Shown: positions 17,565 to 24,822, counted from the stretch's first letter. The stretch is 30,104 nucleotides of DNA from a virus (IMGVR_UViG_3300017912_000068:1-30104); one strand, 5' to 3'. The notes: generated by a model from the sequence alone, not told the origin. Translations and numbers: made by a program.

Positions 17565-19597
17565 CGAACCCTCCCGCTGCCGCCGTTGCCAACTGTGTTT
17601 GCTTCCATACCACCTTTGGGAGAGCCATCAGGTTGAGTAGCTTGAGACTGTTCAGCTTGTGCTTGCTGAGCCATGATCTCTGCTTTAACTCTATCTTGAT
17701 AACTTTCTTTTTCCCGAGATGGAATGATATCATCCACAGGCATTTGCAACCCTTTAGCCACTTCACGAAGAATCGCTGAACGACCTTCCTTACCAACAAT
17801 CTGCATATCCATTTCGTTGGCGGTTGCATTAAGAAATTCTATTCGACGCATGTTAACTGTTTCTTTAACCGCAAGATTTACAGCACCTTTCGGCATAATA
17901 TCAACATCGCCTTTAACACTTTCGTCTTCATCGTATCGCATGTTGTACACAAACTGACGATGTACGATTGGTTTAATCACATCGTTATCTATGTGCATAA
18001 CTACTTGACGTATCCCCTTACCAGCTGACCCCATCAACATAGATAACCCCGATGCAGTACGTCCTGCTCCCTGAACATTCAGGTCACCATAAACATAAGA
18101 GGGAATGCCCGAATGATCATCAGCCAATTTACTAAACTTATCGTATACAGCCATCAATGTATTTGCATTATCATCTGGCTGAGTAAACCTAACTGCAGGG
18201 GAACTAGAACCAAACGGATCATTAGTTACCTGCCAAATCTTCCAAGGGTGTAGCTGAGTAATATCTTCATTAGGTGGAATACGCTCAAGATTAACTTCTA
18301 CTTGAGGGCCTGATGAAATACCCATGTTATTAATTAGTGCACGAGCAGATGCGTTACATACATTCTGCAAGTCTTGAATAATTTCAGGAATCCCCTTACC
18401 CCAAAACGTCCCCGGAGACTTAATAAAGGATGTTTTGGCGTAAGGTTTTTCTCCAAGGGGATCATAGTTAAGAACTGCTTTGATAACATAGTTACCTACA
18501 ATCCAAACATTAGCATCATATTCACGAGCTTCATCATCAATTTCTTCTTCGTCCATACCCCATTCGAGAAGCATTTTACCACTGACTTTACCCCAGAACT
18601 CTAAGGCGTCATAAATATCGGTAGGTCTTGACTCAGTATGAAATTTTCTTTCTTCTTCGTCTTTCATTAGTTCAACATCTTCGTTGACCCATGATTGACC
18701 ATTACCAACTTCTAAAACTTTTCGAATAGCATCTTCATCATATCCGGGTACGCCGATCATATCCGCCAACTCTGTTCGAGTTAGTGGATGATGTTCAAAC
18801 AAATAACCGTCCTTGATATGAGTAATACCCGGTTCAGGATAAATTTTAAATGGGTCTACTCTTTCAAACTCAGGAGCAATAACTTCTGTTGCTTCAACTG
18901 TAGTTCTACCTGCTTCATCTTTTATATAACCAAGTTTTCTTTGTCTACGAACAACTGGCCCTTTTACAAAAGCACATGGATAAGTAACTAGGTCACTAAT
19001 AAATTCGTTAAATGATTCACCCCAACCACCTTGTGCAAACTGATCAGAGATTTTAATCTTCATTCTTTTTGCACGGTTGTCAGCATCTTGCAAAAGTTTA
19101 AACCTATAATCTTGTGCAAGCATTTCTTTTAGTTCAGCAACTTCATTAGGTGTAGGTGCTTTACCGTTTGACTCAACAACTTTAATAACTTCAGCTGCAA
19201 AAATGTTTTGCAACTCTGCTGTCTGTTCTGGAGACAGATCGGGAATAGGAGTTGGCTGCAAATCCCAAGGGGGAGTTCCTTGGTCAAGGAGTATATCTCG
19301 CAACCAACTTTCAGCGGCACGACACTTAACTTCAGTAATCATCATATAAATATCAGAACCACCTTGTTGGTGAATCTGTTGTAATTTATCTGCTTCATAC
19401 TCACCGTTACGTTGTCGCAAACCACGGAGCATAATATTTTCAATTGGTTTCTTAGCTCGTTTGGCTGCATCCCAACAAGCTCGTAGATGAGAAGTAATAC
19501 CTAAAACAACACTATCCGCTTGACGTTCAGCAAGCGCTTTATCACGCATTTCTTTTTCGCGTTTAACAAGTGTCGCATTATCTATTACTTGTAACAT
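17561..19597 (-). CDS. Portal protein
   Basis: 678 aa between terL and scaffold; VDPF.IYP.P, FWG.GIPE..DLQ..N, RTASG.SMLM motifs; Gln-rich tail. Confidence 0.88.
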   Translation of the reverse strand: MLQVIDNATLVKREKEMRDKALAERQADSVVLGITSHLRACWDAAKRAKKPIENIMLRGLRQRNGEYEADKLQQIHQQGGSDIYMMITEVKCRAAESWLRDILLDQGTPPWDLQPTPIPDLSPEQTAELQNIFAAEVIKVVESNGKAPTPNEVAELKEMLAQDYRFKLLQDADNRAKRMKIKISDQFAQGGWGESFNEFISDLVTYPCAFVKGPVVRRQRKLGYIKDEAGRTTVEATEVIAPEFERVDPFKIYPEPGITHIKDGYLFEHHPLTRTELADMIGVPGYDEDAIRKVLEVGNGQSWVNEDVELMKDEEERKFHTESRPTDIYDALEFWGKVSGKMLLEWGMDEEEIDDEAREYDANVWIVGNYVIKAVLNYDPLGEKPYAKTSFIKSPGTFWGKGIPEIIQDLQNVCNASARALINNMGISSGPQVEVNLERIPPNEDITQLHPWKIWQVTNDPFGSSSPAVRFTQPDDNANTLMAVYDKFSKLADDHSGIPSYVYGDLNVQGAGRTASGLSMLMGSAGKGIRQVVMHIDNDVIKPIVHRQFVYNMRYDEDESVKGDVDIMPKGAVNLAVKETVNMRRIEFLNATANEMDMQIVGKEGRSAILREVAKGLQMPVDDIIPSREKESYQDRVKAEIMAQQAQAEQSQATQPDGSPKGGMEANTVGNGGSGRVR

Positions 19598-19606
19598 TCG
19601 TAACCT

Positions 19607-19774
19607 CTAATACTTTTTATCTTTATCTTTGTTTTTTTCCAAACGTTCTAAATCTTTCATCTTGACTACATCATCAGGATCATTTTTATCAGAATACACA
19701 TAACCACCGTCTTTGTATTCCCTGACTTTGTTCATCTCGATCTTAACGTATGGTTTACCTTGTCCACATTTCAT
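19607..19774 (-). CDS. Small charged protein with YKDGG motif (55 aa)
   Basis: Not in the track. MKCGQGKPYVKIEMNKVREYKDGGYVYSDKNDPDDVVKMKDLERLEKNKDKDKKY; AGGAGG RBS. Confidence 0.75.
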   Translation of the reverse strand: MKCGQGKPYVKIEMNKVREYKDGGYVYSDKNDPDDVVKMKDLERLEKNKDKDKKY

Positions 19775-19784
19775 AAACAACCTC

Positions 19785-20039
19785 CTAAACTTTCTTTGCC
19801 AGTTTTGGGTCTATTTTTCTTTGAACAGACTCTGGCAACTTAGCAAAACCTTTAAGCTTCTTTGGTACCTCACCACCATCTTTGTATTTTGGTACTGTAC
19901 TACCACCAGATGTTTTCTTGGCTTCTTTTCGAGGATCAAAACCTTTAGACAAGAAAAACTGCATTAGGCTCATACTATCAGAAGCTGGGCCATCAAAGTA
20001 TTCTTCTCTTAGTTTCATTTCTCTTTTAGACATAGCCAT
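19785..20039 (-). CDS. Small basic protein with YKDGG motif
   Basis: GAGGTG RBS before ATG 20039; ...PKYKDGGEVPKKLKGFAKLPESVQRKIDPKLAKKV. Confidence 0.75.
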   Translation of the reverse strand: MAMSKREMKLREEYFDGPASDSMSLMQFFLSKGFDPRKEAKKTSGGSTVPKYKDGGEVPKKLKGFAKLPESVQRKIDPKLAKKV

Positions 20040-20075
20040 AAACAAACACCTCTCAATAAGTATATATTAAGTAAT

Positions 20076-20103
20076 AGTATACACACAAGTTTATATTTGT
20101 CTA
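20076..20103 (-). promoter_or_regulatory. Putative sigma70-type promoter for the head operon
   Basis: Minus strand TAGACA-N16-TATACT, immediately downstream of the terL terminator. Confidence 0.55.
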
Positions 20104-20107
20104 ACAC

Positions 20108-20146
20108 AAAAATAAACCCTCCACCGGGGCAAATCGGCAGAGGGTT
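20108..20146 (-). terminator. Intrinsic terminator after terL
   Basis: Minus strand AACCCTCTGCCG-loop-CGGTGGAGGGTT followed by TATTTTT. Confidence 0.7.
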
Positions 20147-20191
20147 CAATAGGATAACATGAATGAAACGTCGGATGACAAGGGTATTGTA

Positions 20192-21571
20192 TCAAGTCCA
20201 GCCTGCTGCCGCAACCCTTTTAATATCTCTGCGCTGTAAATTATGCGCTGCCTCAGCTGCATGATTGATGTGTAACATCAGATATTGTAAAGCTTCAGCG
20301 ATATGTGAATGCTTGTTTTTATCAATGGTACCATTCTTGTGATGGAATCTATATCCTCCCATCATCGCTGCTTTCAATTGTGTACACTTAGGATCAAGTA
20401 GAAAAGCTGCATCGCCGTCTACCTGTCTCATGAGATAATCGTCAACCGCAGACAAACGTGCTGACACGCTATTTGTCTTGGCTGGCATTACTCGTAAACC
20501 TTCTGCTTTAATAATATCCACTGCACTACGTTCATCTGTTTGTGCACGTTGAATACCTGCAGGATCACAAATCACCATAATAGGTGCACCTGAGAAACGT
20601 TCATAGATCATAGGTTTGAGAATCGTGCGGACGAATCTCTGTATGCCCATATCGAAACTCACTGCCTCATCGAGAATCAGAGTCCGCCCGCGAGGGTCTT
20701 GTTGCCCTATAACAGCAGCAGGTGTCAACCCCAAATCCATACCAACTATGATTGGACGTACACCATTTTTAATCGGACTAAGAGTTCCGTTGGCTATATG
20801 ATAGTCAGGTCTAAAGTATTTATACACAGGTTGTCCCGCAGAACTCAGACCATACTCACCATCAATGTACACACGAATATATTCTTCTGATCTACCTTGT
20901 GTATCGTAATAACCTTCTGGTAGATTGTTTACGTTTTCAGCAAACGGACTACGACCTGATGGTTGTTTAAATACATCCCAACCATTGTCATTAGGACTAA
21001 CACCATCCTTGGCATCGAGTCCTTCCATTTGATAATACCACCATGTGTCCATAGTCGGGGGGTTAGTGTCACCCCACATACCAAACCATGTAGGCCCGCC
21101 ATCCTTCGCTGAAGGATAACGACCAATACGTTTTGACATCGCATCAACAATATCAGGATGGATATCTCTACACTCGTTAAACCATGCGAATGTTAATTCG
21201 AGTGAGTTCAAGTTTGCAACATCGTCAGCATCATCAAGTGCACGAAACATAACTTCGCACTCAACATCACCGACTTTGAAAAAATAAGTTTTAGTTGTAC
21301 GCATGAAGTTTCCGCAAGGCCCCGGCGGAAACCAATCTAGAAAAGTTTTGATTGTTGTATCTTGTAACTGTCTAGCAGTTTCTCGAACAATCGCTACTCG
21401 TGACTTACGAATACCATTCTTGTTTGGTTTCTGTAGTGACGCCCTGCGAATAACTTCGAATGAACTTGCTACTGACTTACCTGATCCAACAGGCCCCATG
21501 AGCACACGCATCTTTGCGTCTGACTCCATAAATTCTTTACAGGTTTTTGTTGGGGTATAGTCAATGTCCAT
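20192..21571 (-). CDS. terL: Terminase large subunit
   Basis: Walker A GPVGSGKS, Walker B AWFNE, DTNPP coupling motif, RNase H-like GMDLG / DPAG / HIAEALQY. Confidence 0.93.
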   Translation of the reverse strand: MDIDYTPTKTCKEFMESDAKMRVLMGPVGSGKSVASSFEVIRRASLQKPNKNGIRKSRVAIVRETARQLQDTTIKTFLDWFPPGPCGNFMRTTKTYFFKVGDVECEVMFRALDDADDVANLNSLELTFAWFNECRDIHPDIVDAMSKRIGRYPSAKDGGPTWFGMWGDTNPPTMDTWWYYQMEGLDAKDGVSPNDNGWDVFKQPSGRSPFAENVNNLPEGYYDTQGRSEEYIRVYIDGEYGLSSAGQPVYKYFRPDYHIANGTLSPIKNGVRPIIVGMDLGLTPAAVIGQQDPRGRTLILDEAVSFDMGIQRFVRTILKPMIYERFSGAPIMVICDPAGIQRAQTDERSAVDIIKAEGLRVMPAKTNSVSARLSAVDDYLMRQVDGDAAFLLDPKCTQLKAAMMGGYRFHHKNGTIDKNKHSHIAEALQYLMLHINHAAEAAHNLQRRDIKRVAAAGWT

Positions 21572-21578
21572 TTTAATA

Positions 21579-21689
21579 TTACACTATTAGTGCCCCAAGA
21601 ATGAAACTAATGATACAAGCAGCAATACACATCTTACGATACTTTGCTCGTCTCAACCATTCTCGAGGTGTATGACCAAATACAATCAT
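21579..21689 (-). CDS. Micro membrane protein (36 aa)
   Basis: Not in the track. MIVFGHTPREWLRRAKYRKMCIAACIISFILGALIV; AAGGAGG RBS; ATGA overlap with the upstream ORF. Confidence 0.65.
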   Translation of the reverse strand: MIVFGHTPREWLRRAKYRKMCIAACIISFILGALIV

Positions 21690-21967
21690 ATCTCCTCCTT
21701 TTCTATTAACAGTACAACGTACTGTGTAGGCATACCTTTTCTTTTCAGTATCTTACTCTTGTATGATATACCCATTTTCATTAATTCGAAAATAAAATTA
21801 TCGTAGTCGGATACCTTATCAAAAGTGTTTGATTTGTATCCTTCAAACGTACCTCCGAATGTATTAAGAATTTCCGATCTTTTTTGGTTCCTCAACTTCT
21901 TCAGCGTCGATGACAGTCGCAGGATGTTCCTGTCCTCCGAGGTTGATTGTAATTTTGACTCCTCCAC
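21686..21967 (-). CDS. Hypothetical protein overlapping the terS 3' end
   Basis: GTG start with GGAGG 6 nt upstream, inside terS; fills the gap to the next gene; start uncertain. Confidence 0.55.
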   Translation of the reverse strand: MEESKLQSTSEDRNILRLSSTLKKLRNQKRSEILNTFGGTFEGYKSNTFDKVSDYDNFIFELMKMGISYKSKILKRKGMPTQYVVLLIEKEEI

Positions 21968-22340
21968 TTGTGCCCTCCGTTGTTACATCACCTTTTGGTT
22001 CTAGCCCACCCCACTTAACTGTTGACTTAATAAGGTCAGCCTTAACCGCAGCCGAAGTGTCTGGATTGTGGATTAGAGTCCATGATGTTGTTAGTAATTC
22101 CTCTGCTTGAGCACGAGCTTTCAATTTGAAAGTCATACCTTTCTCACGGATTTCGTCTCTATAAGAATTTACTTTCTTGAGAAATACAGGGTCTTTATTG
22201 AATACAAGTATATCGTCAGCACTTACTTTGTGCCGATCTTTTACTTCGTCCAAAGTCTCCCCACTCCCTTCTAACATTAGAGCTGTATCGAAGGCTAAGC
22301 GGTCAGACCACTTCGTATGTTTTAAAGGTAACGTATCCAT
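21864..22340 (-). CDS. terS: Terminase small subunit (putative)
   Basis: First late gene; HTH-like N-terminus, helical core, VKITINLG beta-strand tail; upstream of terL. Confidence 0.7.
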   Translation of the reverse strand: MDTLPLKHTKWSDRLAFDTALMLEGSGETLDEVKDRHKVSADDILVFNKDPVFLKKVNSYRDEIREKGMTFKLKARAQAEELLTTSWTLIHNPDTSAAVKADLIKSTVKWGGLEPKGDVTTEGTSGGVKITINLGGQEHPATVIDAEEVEEPKKIGNS

Positions 22341-22349
22341 ACCGGAAAT

Positions 22350-22377
22350 ATTATGCCGAAAATTACCGGGCTGTCAA
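22350..22377 (-). promoter_or_regulatory. Leftward promoter for terS (near-leaderless transcript)
   Basis: Minus strand TTGACA-N16-CATAAT ending 9 nt before the ATG; no Shine-Dalgarno sequence. Confidence 0.65.
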
Positions 22378-22534
22378 GCGCAAGTGAAACTTTACACGTC
22401 GATTTTTTGGCTCTTGTTATATGAGGTTTACTTATATGGGGGGGAGGGGTCGGTTGCTAGTCCAAGTACCCCCCTCGCACATAATCAAATCATTAAAATA
22501 TCTATAAGATAAAACCCTAGCAAATAGCCCATAC

Positions 22535-22563
22535 TTGACAATCGTGTAAATTTAATCCATAGT
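22535..22563 (+). promoter_or_regulatory. Rightward early promoter P1
   Basis: TTGACA-N17-CATAGT upstream of 22634. Confidence 0.7.
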
Positions 22564-22569
22564 TAAATC

Positions 22570-22614
22570 ATCAGCACAACGTTGATACCCGAACAGTCAG
22601 CGGGAACTCTGACT
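22570..22614 (+). ncRNA. Structured 5' leader: hairpin plus H-type pseudoknot (putative cis-regulatory RNA)
   Basis: ATCAGC/GTTGAT hairpin; CCCG(22588-91)/CGGG(22601-04) crossing AGTCAG(22595-600)/CTGACT(22609-14). Confidence 0.45.
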
Positions 22615-22633
22615 AACATTAACGGAGGTCTAC

Positions 22634-22927
22634 ATGAGTAGAATCTTTGAAGGTAATGTTAGCCTAGTAGCTAACACCAAGGGCGAAGTAGCCTTGAAGC
22701 GTGACCTAAACGGCGCTTGGAATGCTTCGAATGCTGAACAGCTTTGGGCTAAGGCTCAAGAAGTCAGCAAGGCTAAGAAGATGCCATTACATAAATGGTC
22801 TTTCTTCCAAGTCGAGGGCGGAACTGATGTCATCCTAATGGCTGACAGATACGGCAACCCTAGGATTACAATCCTACCGCCGAAAGCCCAAGGTGCTACT
22901 AAGTCCAAGGTGACTAAGTTAGCGTAA
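22634..22927 (+). CDS. Early hypothetical protein, paralog A
   Basis: GGAGG RBS; aligns end to end with 23827-24117. Confidence 0.85.
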   Translation: MSRIFEGNVSLVANTKGEVALKRDLNGAWNASNAEQLWAKAQEVSKAKKMPLHKWSFFQVEGGTDVILMADRYGNPRITILPPKAQGATKSKVTKLA

Positions 22928-22935
22928 CAACAACA

Positions 22936-22955
22936 GGGGAGGCTTCGGCCTCCCC
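22936..22955. terminator. GC-rich cUUCGg hairpin (mRNA stabiliser or antisense terminator)
   Basis: GGGGAGGC-TTCG-GCCTCCCC; no U-tract on the plus strand, TGTTGTTGTT follows on the minus strand. Confidence 0.55.
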
Positions 22956-22974
22956 ACCTAAACGGAGACTTAAT

Positions 22975-23178
22975 ATGTCAATGAAAGATAGGAAGCGTGA
23001 TTACAGAGTTGATTGGATACAATACGGAAACATCTACTCACTCTGGTATTACAGAAAGTCAGACGCTGAAGCACTATGCGAGAAGCTGAGACAAGACCCA
23101 GATGTAGAACGCAAGCACGAGATAGCGATTATACATCAACCTACGAACAGACAGATACAAATGTCTTTCAACTTCTAA
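22975..23178 (+). CDS. Early hypothetical protein (67 aa)
   Basis: GGAG RBS; followed by a terminator. Confidence 0.7.
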   Translation: MSMKDRKRDYRVDWIQYGNIYSLWYYRKSDAEALCEKLRQDPDVERKHEIAIIHQPTNRQIQMSFNF

Positions 23179-23186
23179 CAAGGAAC

Positions 23187-23231
23187 GAGGTGGCTCAGAG
23201 AAATCTGGGTCATCTCTTCTTTTTTATTTTT
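23187..23231 (+). terminator. Strong intrinsic terminator
   Basis: 13-bp stem GAGGTGGCTCAGA-GAAA-TCTGGGTCATCTC (with G-U pairs) then TTCTTTTTTATTTTT. Confidence 0.85.
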
Positions 23232-23305
23232 GTTTAATTATTAATCCCATTCGTCGGGGGGTTTTGGCTCGCTTTAAATTGTGGTTTCTAGTGGGGTAGC
23301 AAGCT

Positions 23306-23702
23306 AAGTTGACAAGTTGTTGGCACGTTTCGTGTAAACTTTGGTAACTATCTAGTATCTAAAAGCTAACTTGACACAACTTATTGAGTTTTAGATAGCG
23401 AAACTTGACAACTTGACATCCAAAAAGCCTTAAAGATCGGGGGTTTAAGCCATATGTGCTGCGTAATACTATCTAAACTATCTAAATTATATAGATAAAA
23501 TAGATACATCATGTTCCAAAACATTTTCTAGGGCGATATATGTAAAATCGGGTAGCAAGGTATTACCTAAAAACTCTTAGATACTTTAGATACTTTCTCT
23601 CAACACGTTGAGATACAATAGAAATTCGTATCTACTACCCAATATAAACCACAACATACACACAGATAGTTGCACCTACTCGTAGATAATTCTTCGTGTA
23701 AA
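23306..23702. repeat. Non-coding array of short direct and inverted repeats (origin- or operator-like)
   Basis: 11 exact TATCTA/TAGATA; AACTTGACA x3 plus AAGTTGACA; TTCGTGTAAA x2; palindrome TCTCAAC-AC-GTTGAGA. Confidence 0.8.
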
Positions 23703-23733
23703 GCAATCGCTTTCTCTGTGTACGGGGGCAAAC

Positions 23734-23762
23734 TTGACAAATCGCTCGGCGTCGCCCAAAGT
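23734..23762 (+). promoter_or_regulatory. Rightward early promoter P2
   Basis: TTGACA-N17-CAAAGT; same ACTTGACAA(A)TCG and CAnAGT design as P1. Confidence 0.55.
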
Positions 23763-23826
23763 GGTTTTGTCTTTCGGGGCATTCCCTTAAGGCACTTACC
23801 TATGAACTTTACAAAGGAGGTCTATC

Positions 23827-24117
23827 ATGGCTAAAATATACGAAGGTAATGTATCTATCTTTAAAAACACTAAAGATAAGATTGTTGTTAAAGCTGATCC
23901 TAATGGTCAGTTCAATGCTGATTCAGTTGATACTCTTGCAAAGACTATGACTGAGATTGGTACTCAGAAGAAGTGTGAGGTTAACTTCTTCATTCCTGAT
24001 ACTAATACTAGTGACTTGAAAGCTATGTTGTTAGTAAACAGATGGGGTCAACCTTATGTAGCATTCTTACCAAATGGTACTACTGCTACTAAGAGCAAGG
24101 TTGAGAAGCTTGCGTAA
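23827..24117 (+). CDS. Early hypothetical protein, paralog B
   Basis: AAGGAGG RBS; aligns end to end with 22634-22927. Confidence 0.85.
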   Translation: MAKIYEGNVSIFKNTKDKIVVKADPNGQFNADSVDTLAKTMTEIGTQKKCEVNFFIPDTNTSDLKAMLLVNRWGQPYVAFLPNGTTATKSKVEKLA

Positions 24118-24125
24118 AACTTTAC

Positions 24126-24157
24126 AGGGAAGGTGGTTGCATACTGCCTTCCCTTTT
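24126..24157 (+). terminator. Intrinsic terminator or attenuating hairpin after paralog B
   Basis: AGGGAAGGTGGT-TGCAT-ACTGCCTTCCCT then TTT. Confidence 0.65.
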
Positions 24158-24189
24158 CGCATTTCATTAATCAATTCAAGGAGGTTTAT

Positions 24190-24390
24190 ATGTCTCAATG
24201 TGTAATTTGTAATGCAGATATACATGACAAACGTGTAAGTTTAGGATACACTACTTGCATGATTTGTGGTGACAAAGAAGCTCAAAAGGTAGTGCATACC
24301 GTACTGCCAATGCACAAGTCTAACTACATGTTAGTGACCAATCGTAAGGATTTGATTGGTTTCAATACGAAAGGAGGATTAGTCAAATGA
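24190..24390 (+). CDS. C4 zinc-finger protein (DksA/TraR-type finger)
   Basis: True start ATG 24190 (AGGAGG RBS): CVIC..I..KR..TTCMIC. Confidence 0.7.
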   Translation: MSQCVICNADIHDKRVSLGYTTCMICGDKEAQKVVHTVLPMHKSNYMLVTNRKDLIGFNTKGGLVK

Positions 24391-24470
24391 AGTATTGGAT
24401 AATCTATGGTGCTATTACAGGTGGAGTGTTTGGTCTGTTGTATCACCTAGCACAATCGGTGGGTCTATGA
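24387..24470 (+). CDS. Micro membrane peptide (27 aa)
   Basis: Not in the track. MKYWIIYGAITGGVFGLLYHLAQSVGL; AGGAGG RBS; ATGA overlaps at both ends. Confidence 0.6.
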   Translation: MKYWIIYGAITGGVFGLLYHLAQSVGL

Positions 24471-24646
24471 TGTACAAAGCTTTACAGTACATCGGTACTC
24501 TCATCGTACTCGTTACATTCAGTCTGTTAATAATGTTTGTCTTCATCAATTTCATGCTCGGTTGTGAGACATGGGATGAACAGTATTGGACTGCATGGAA
24601 CTCATGTTTAACACCAACCGAGTTTATAGGAGCATTTCTACCATGA
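24467..24646 (+). CDS. Small membrane protein (59 aa)
   Basis: MMYKALQYIGTLIVLVTFSLLIMFVFINFMLGCETW..SC; ATGA-coupled. Confidence 0.7.
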   Translation: MMYKALQYIGTLIVLVTFSLLIMFVFINFMLGCETWDEQYWTAWNSCLTPTEFIGAFLP

Positions 24647-24822
24647 CAAAAACTGCACTGAAACTTTTCATGCTTAAACATTCGAAAGGTGGAGCAATAG
24701 TGAAGGACAGCGATGGCAATACACTGTACTTCCACGACAAGATGATTGCCAAATCAAACAGGAAGGGTGACCAAGTGGTTACCTATGGCCCTGACCATCG
24801 TAAATACAAAGGAGGAAACTGA
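24643..24822 (+). CDS. Small basic hypothetical protein (59 aa)
   Basis: MTKTALKLFMLKHSKGG..GPDHRKYKGGN; AGGAG RBS; TGATG overlap with the ATPase. Confidence 0.7.
   Translation: MTKTALKLFMLKHSKGGAIVKDSDGNTLYFHDKMIAKSNRKGDQVVTYGPDHRKYKGGN

Noticed and set aside
17545-17829. Alternate-frame 94-aa ORF over the portal 3' end, and 14121-14336 similarly
   Set aside because: Nested in established genes with no RBS or motif support
2273-22512. Plus-strand ORFs in the track across the late arm (e.g. 4083-4385, 5952-6155, 7192-7506, 15566-15928, 22177-22512)
   Set aside because: Antisense shadows of well-supported minus-strand genes, with low-complexity translations and no evident RBS
22570-22614. 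Self-cleaving ribozyme or tRNA in the early leader
   Set aside because: No hammerhead core (CUGAnGA/GAAA) and no cloverleaf or T-loop; too short
23230-23730. CRISPR array or mini-array
   Set aside because: Repeats are only 6-10 bp, in both orientations and irregularly spaced; there is no 23-47-bp repeat-spacer periodicity and no cas gene
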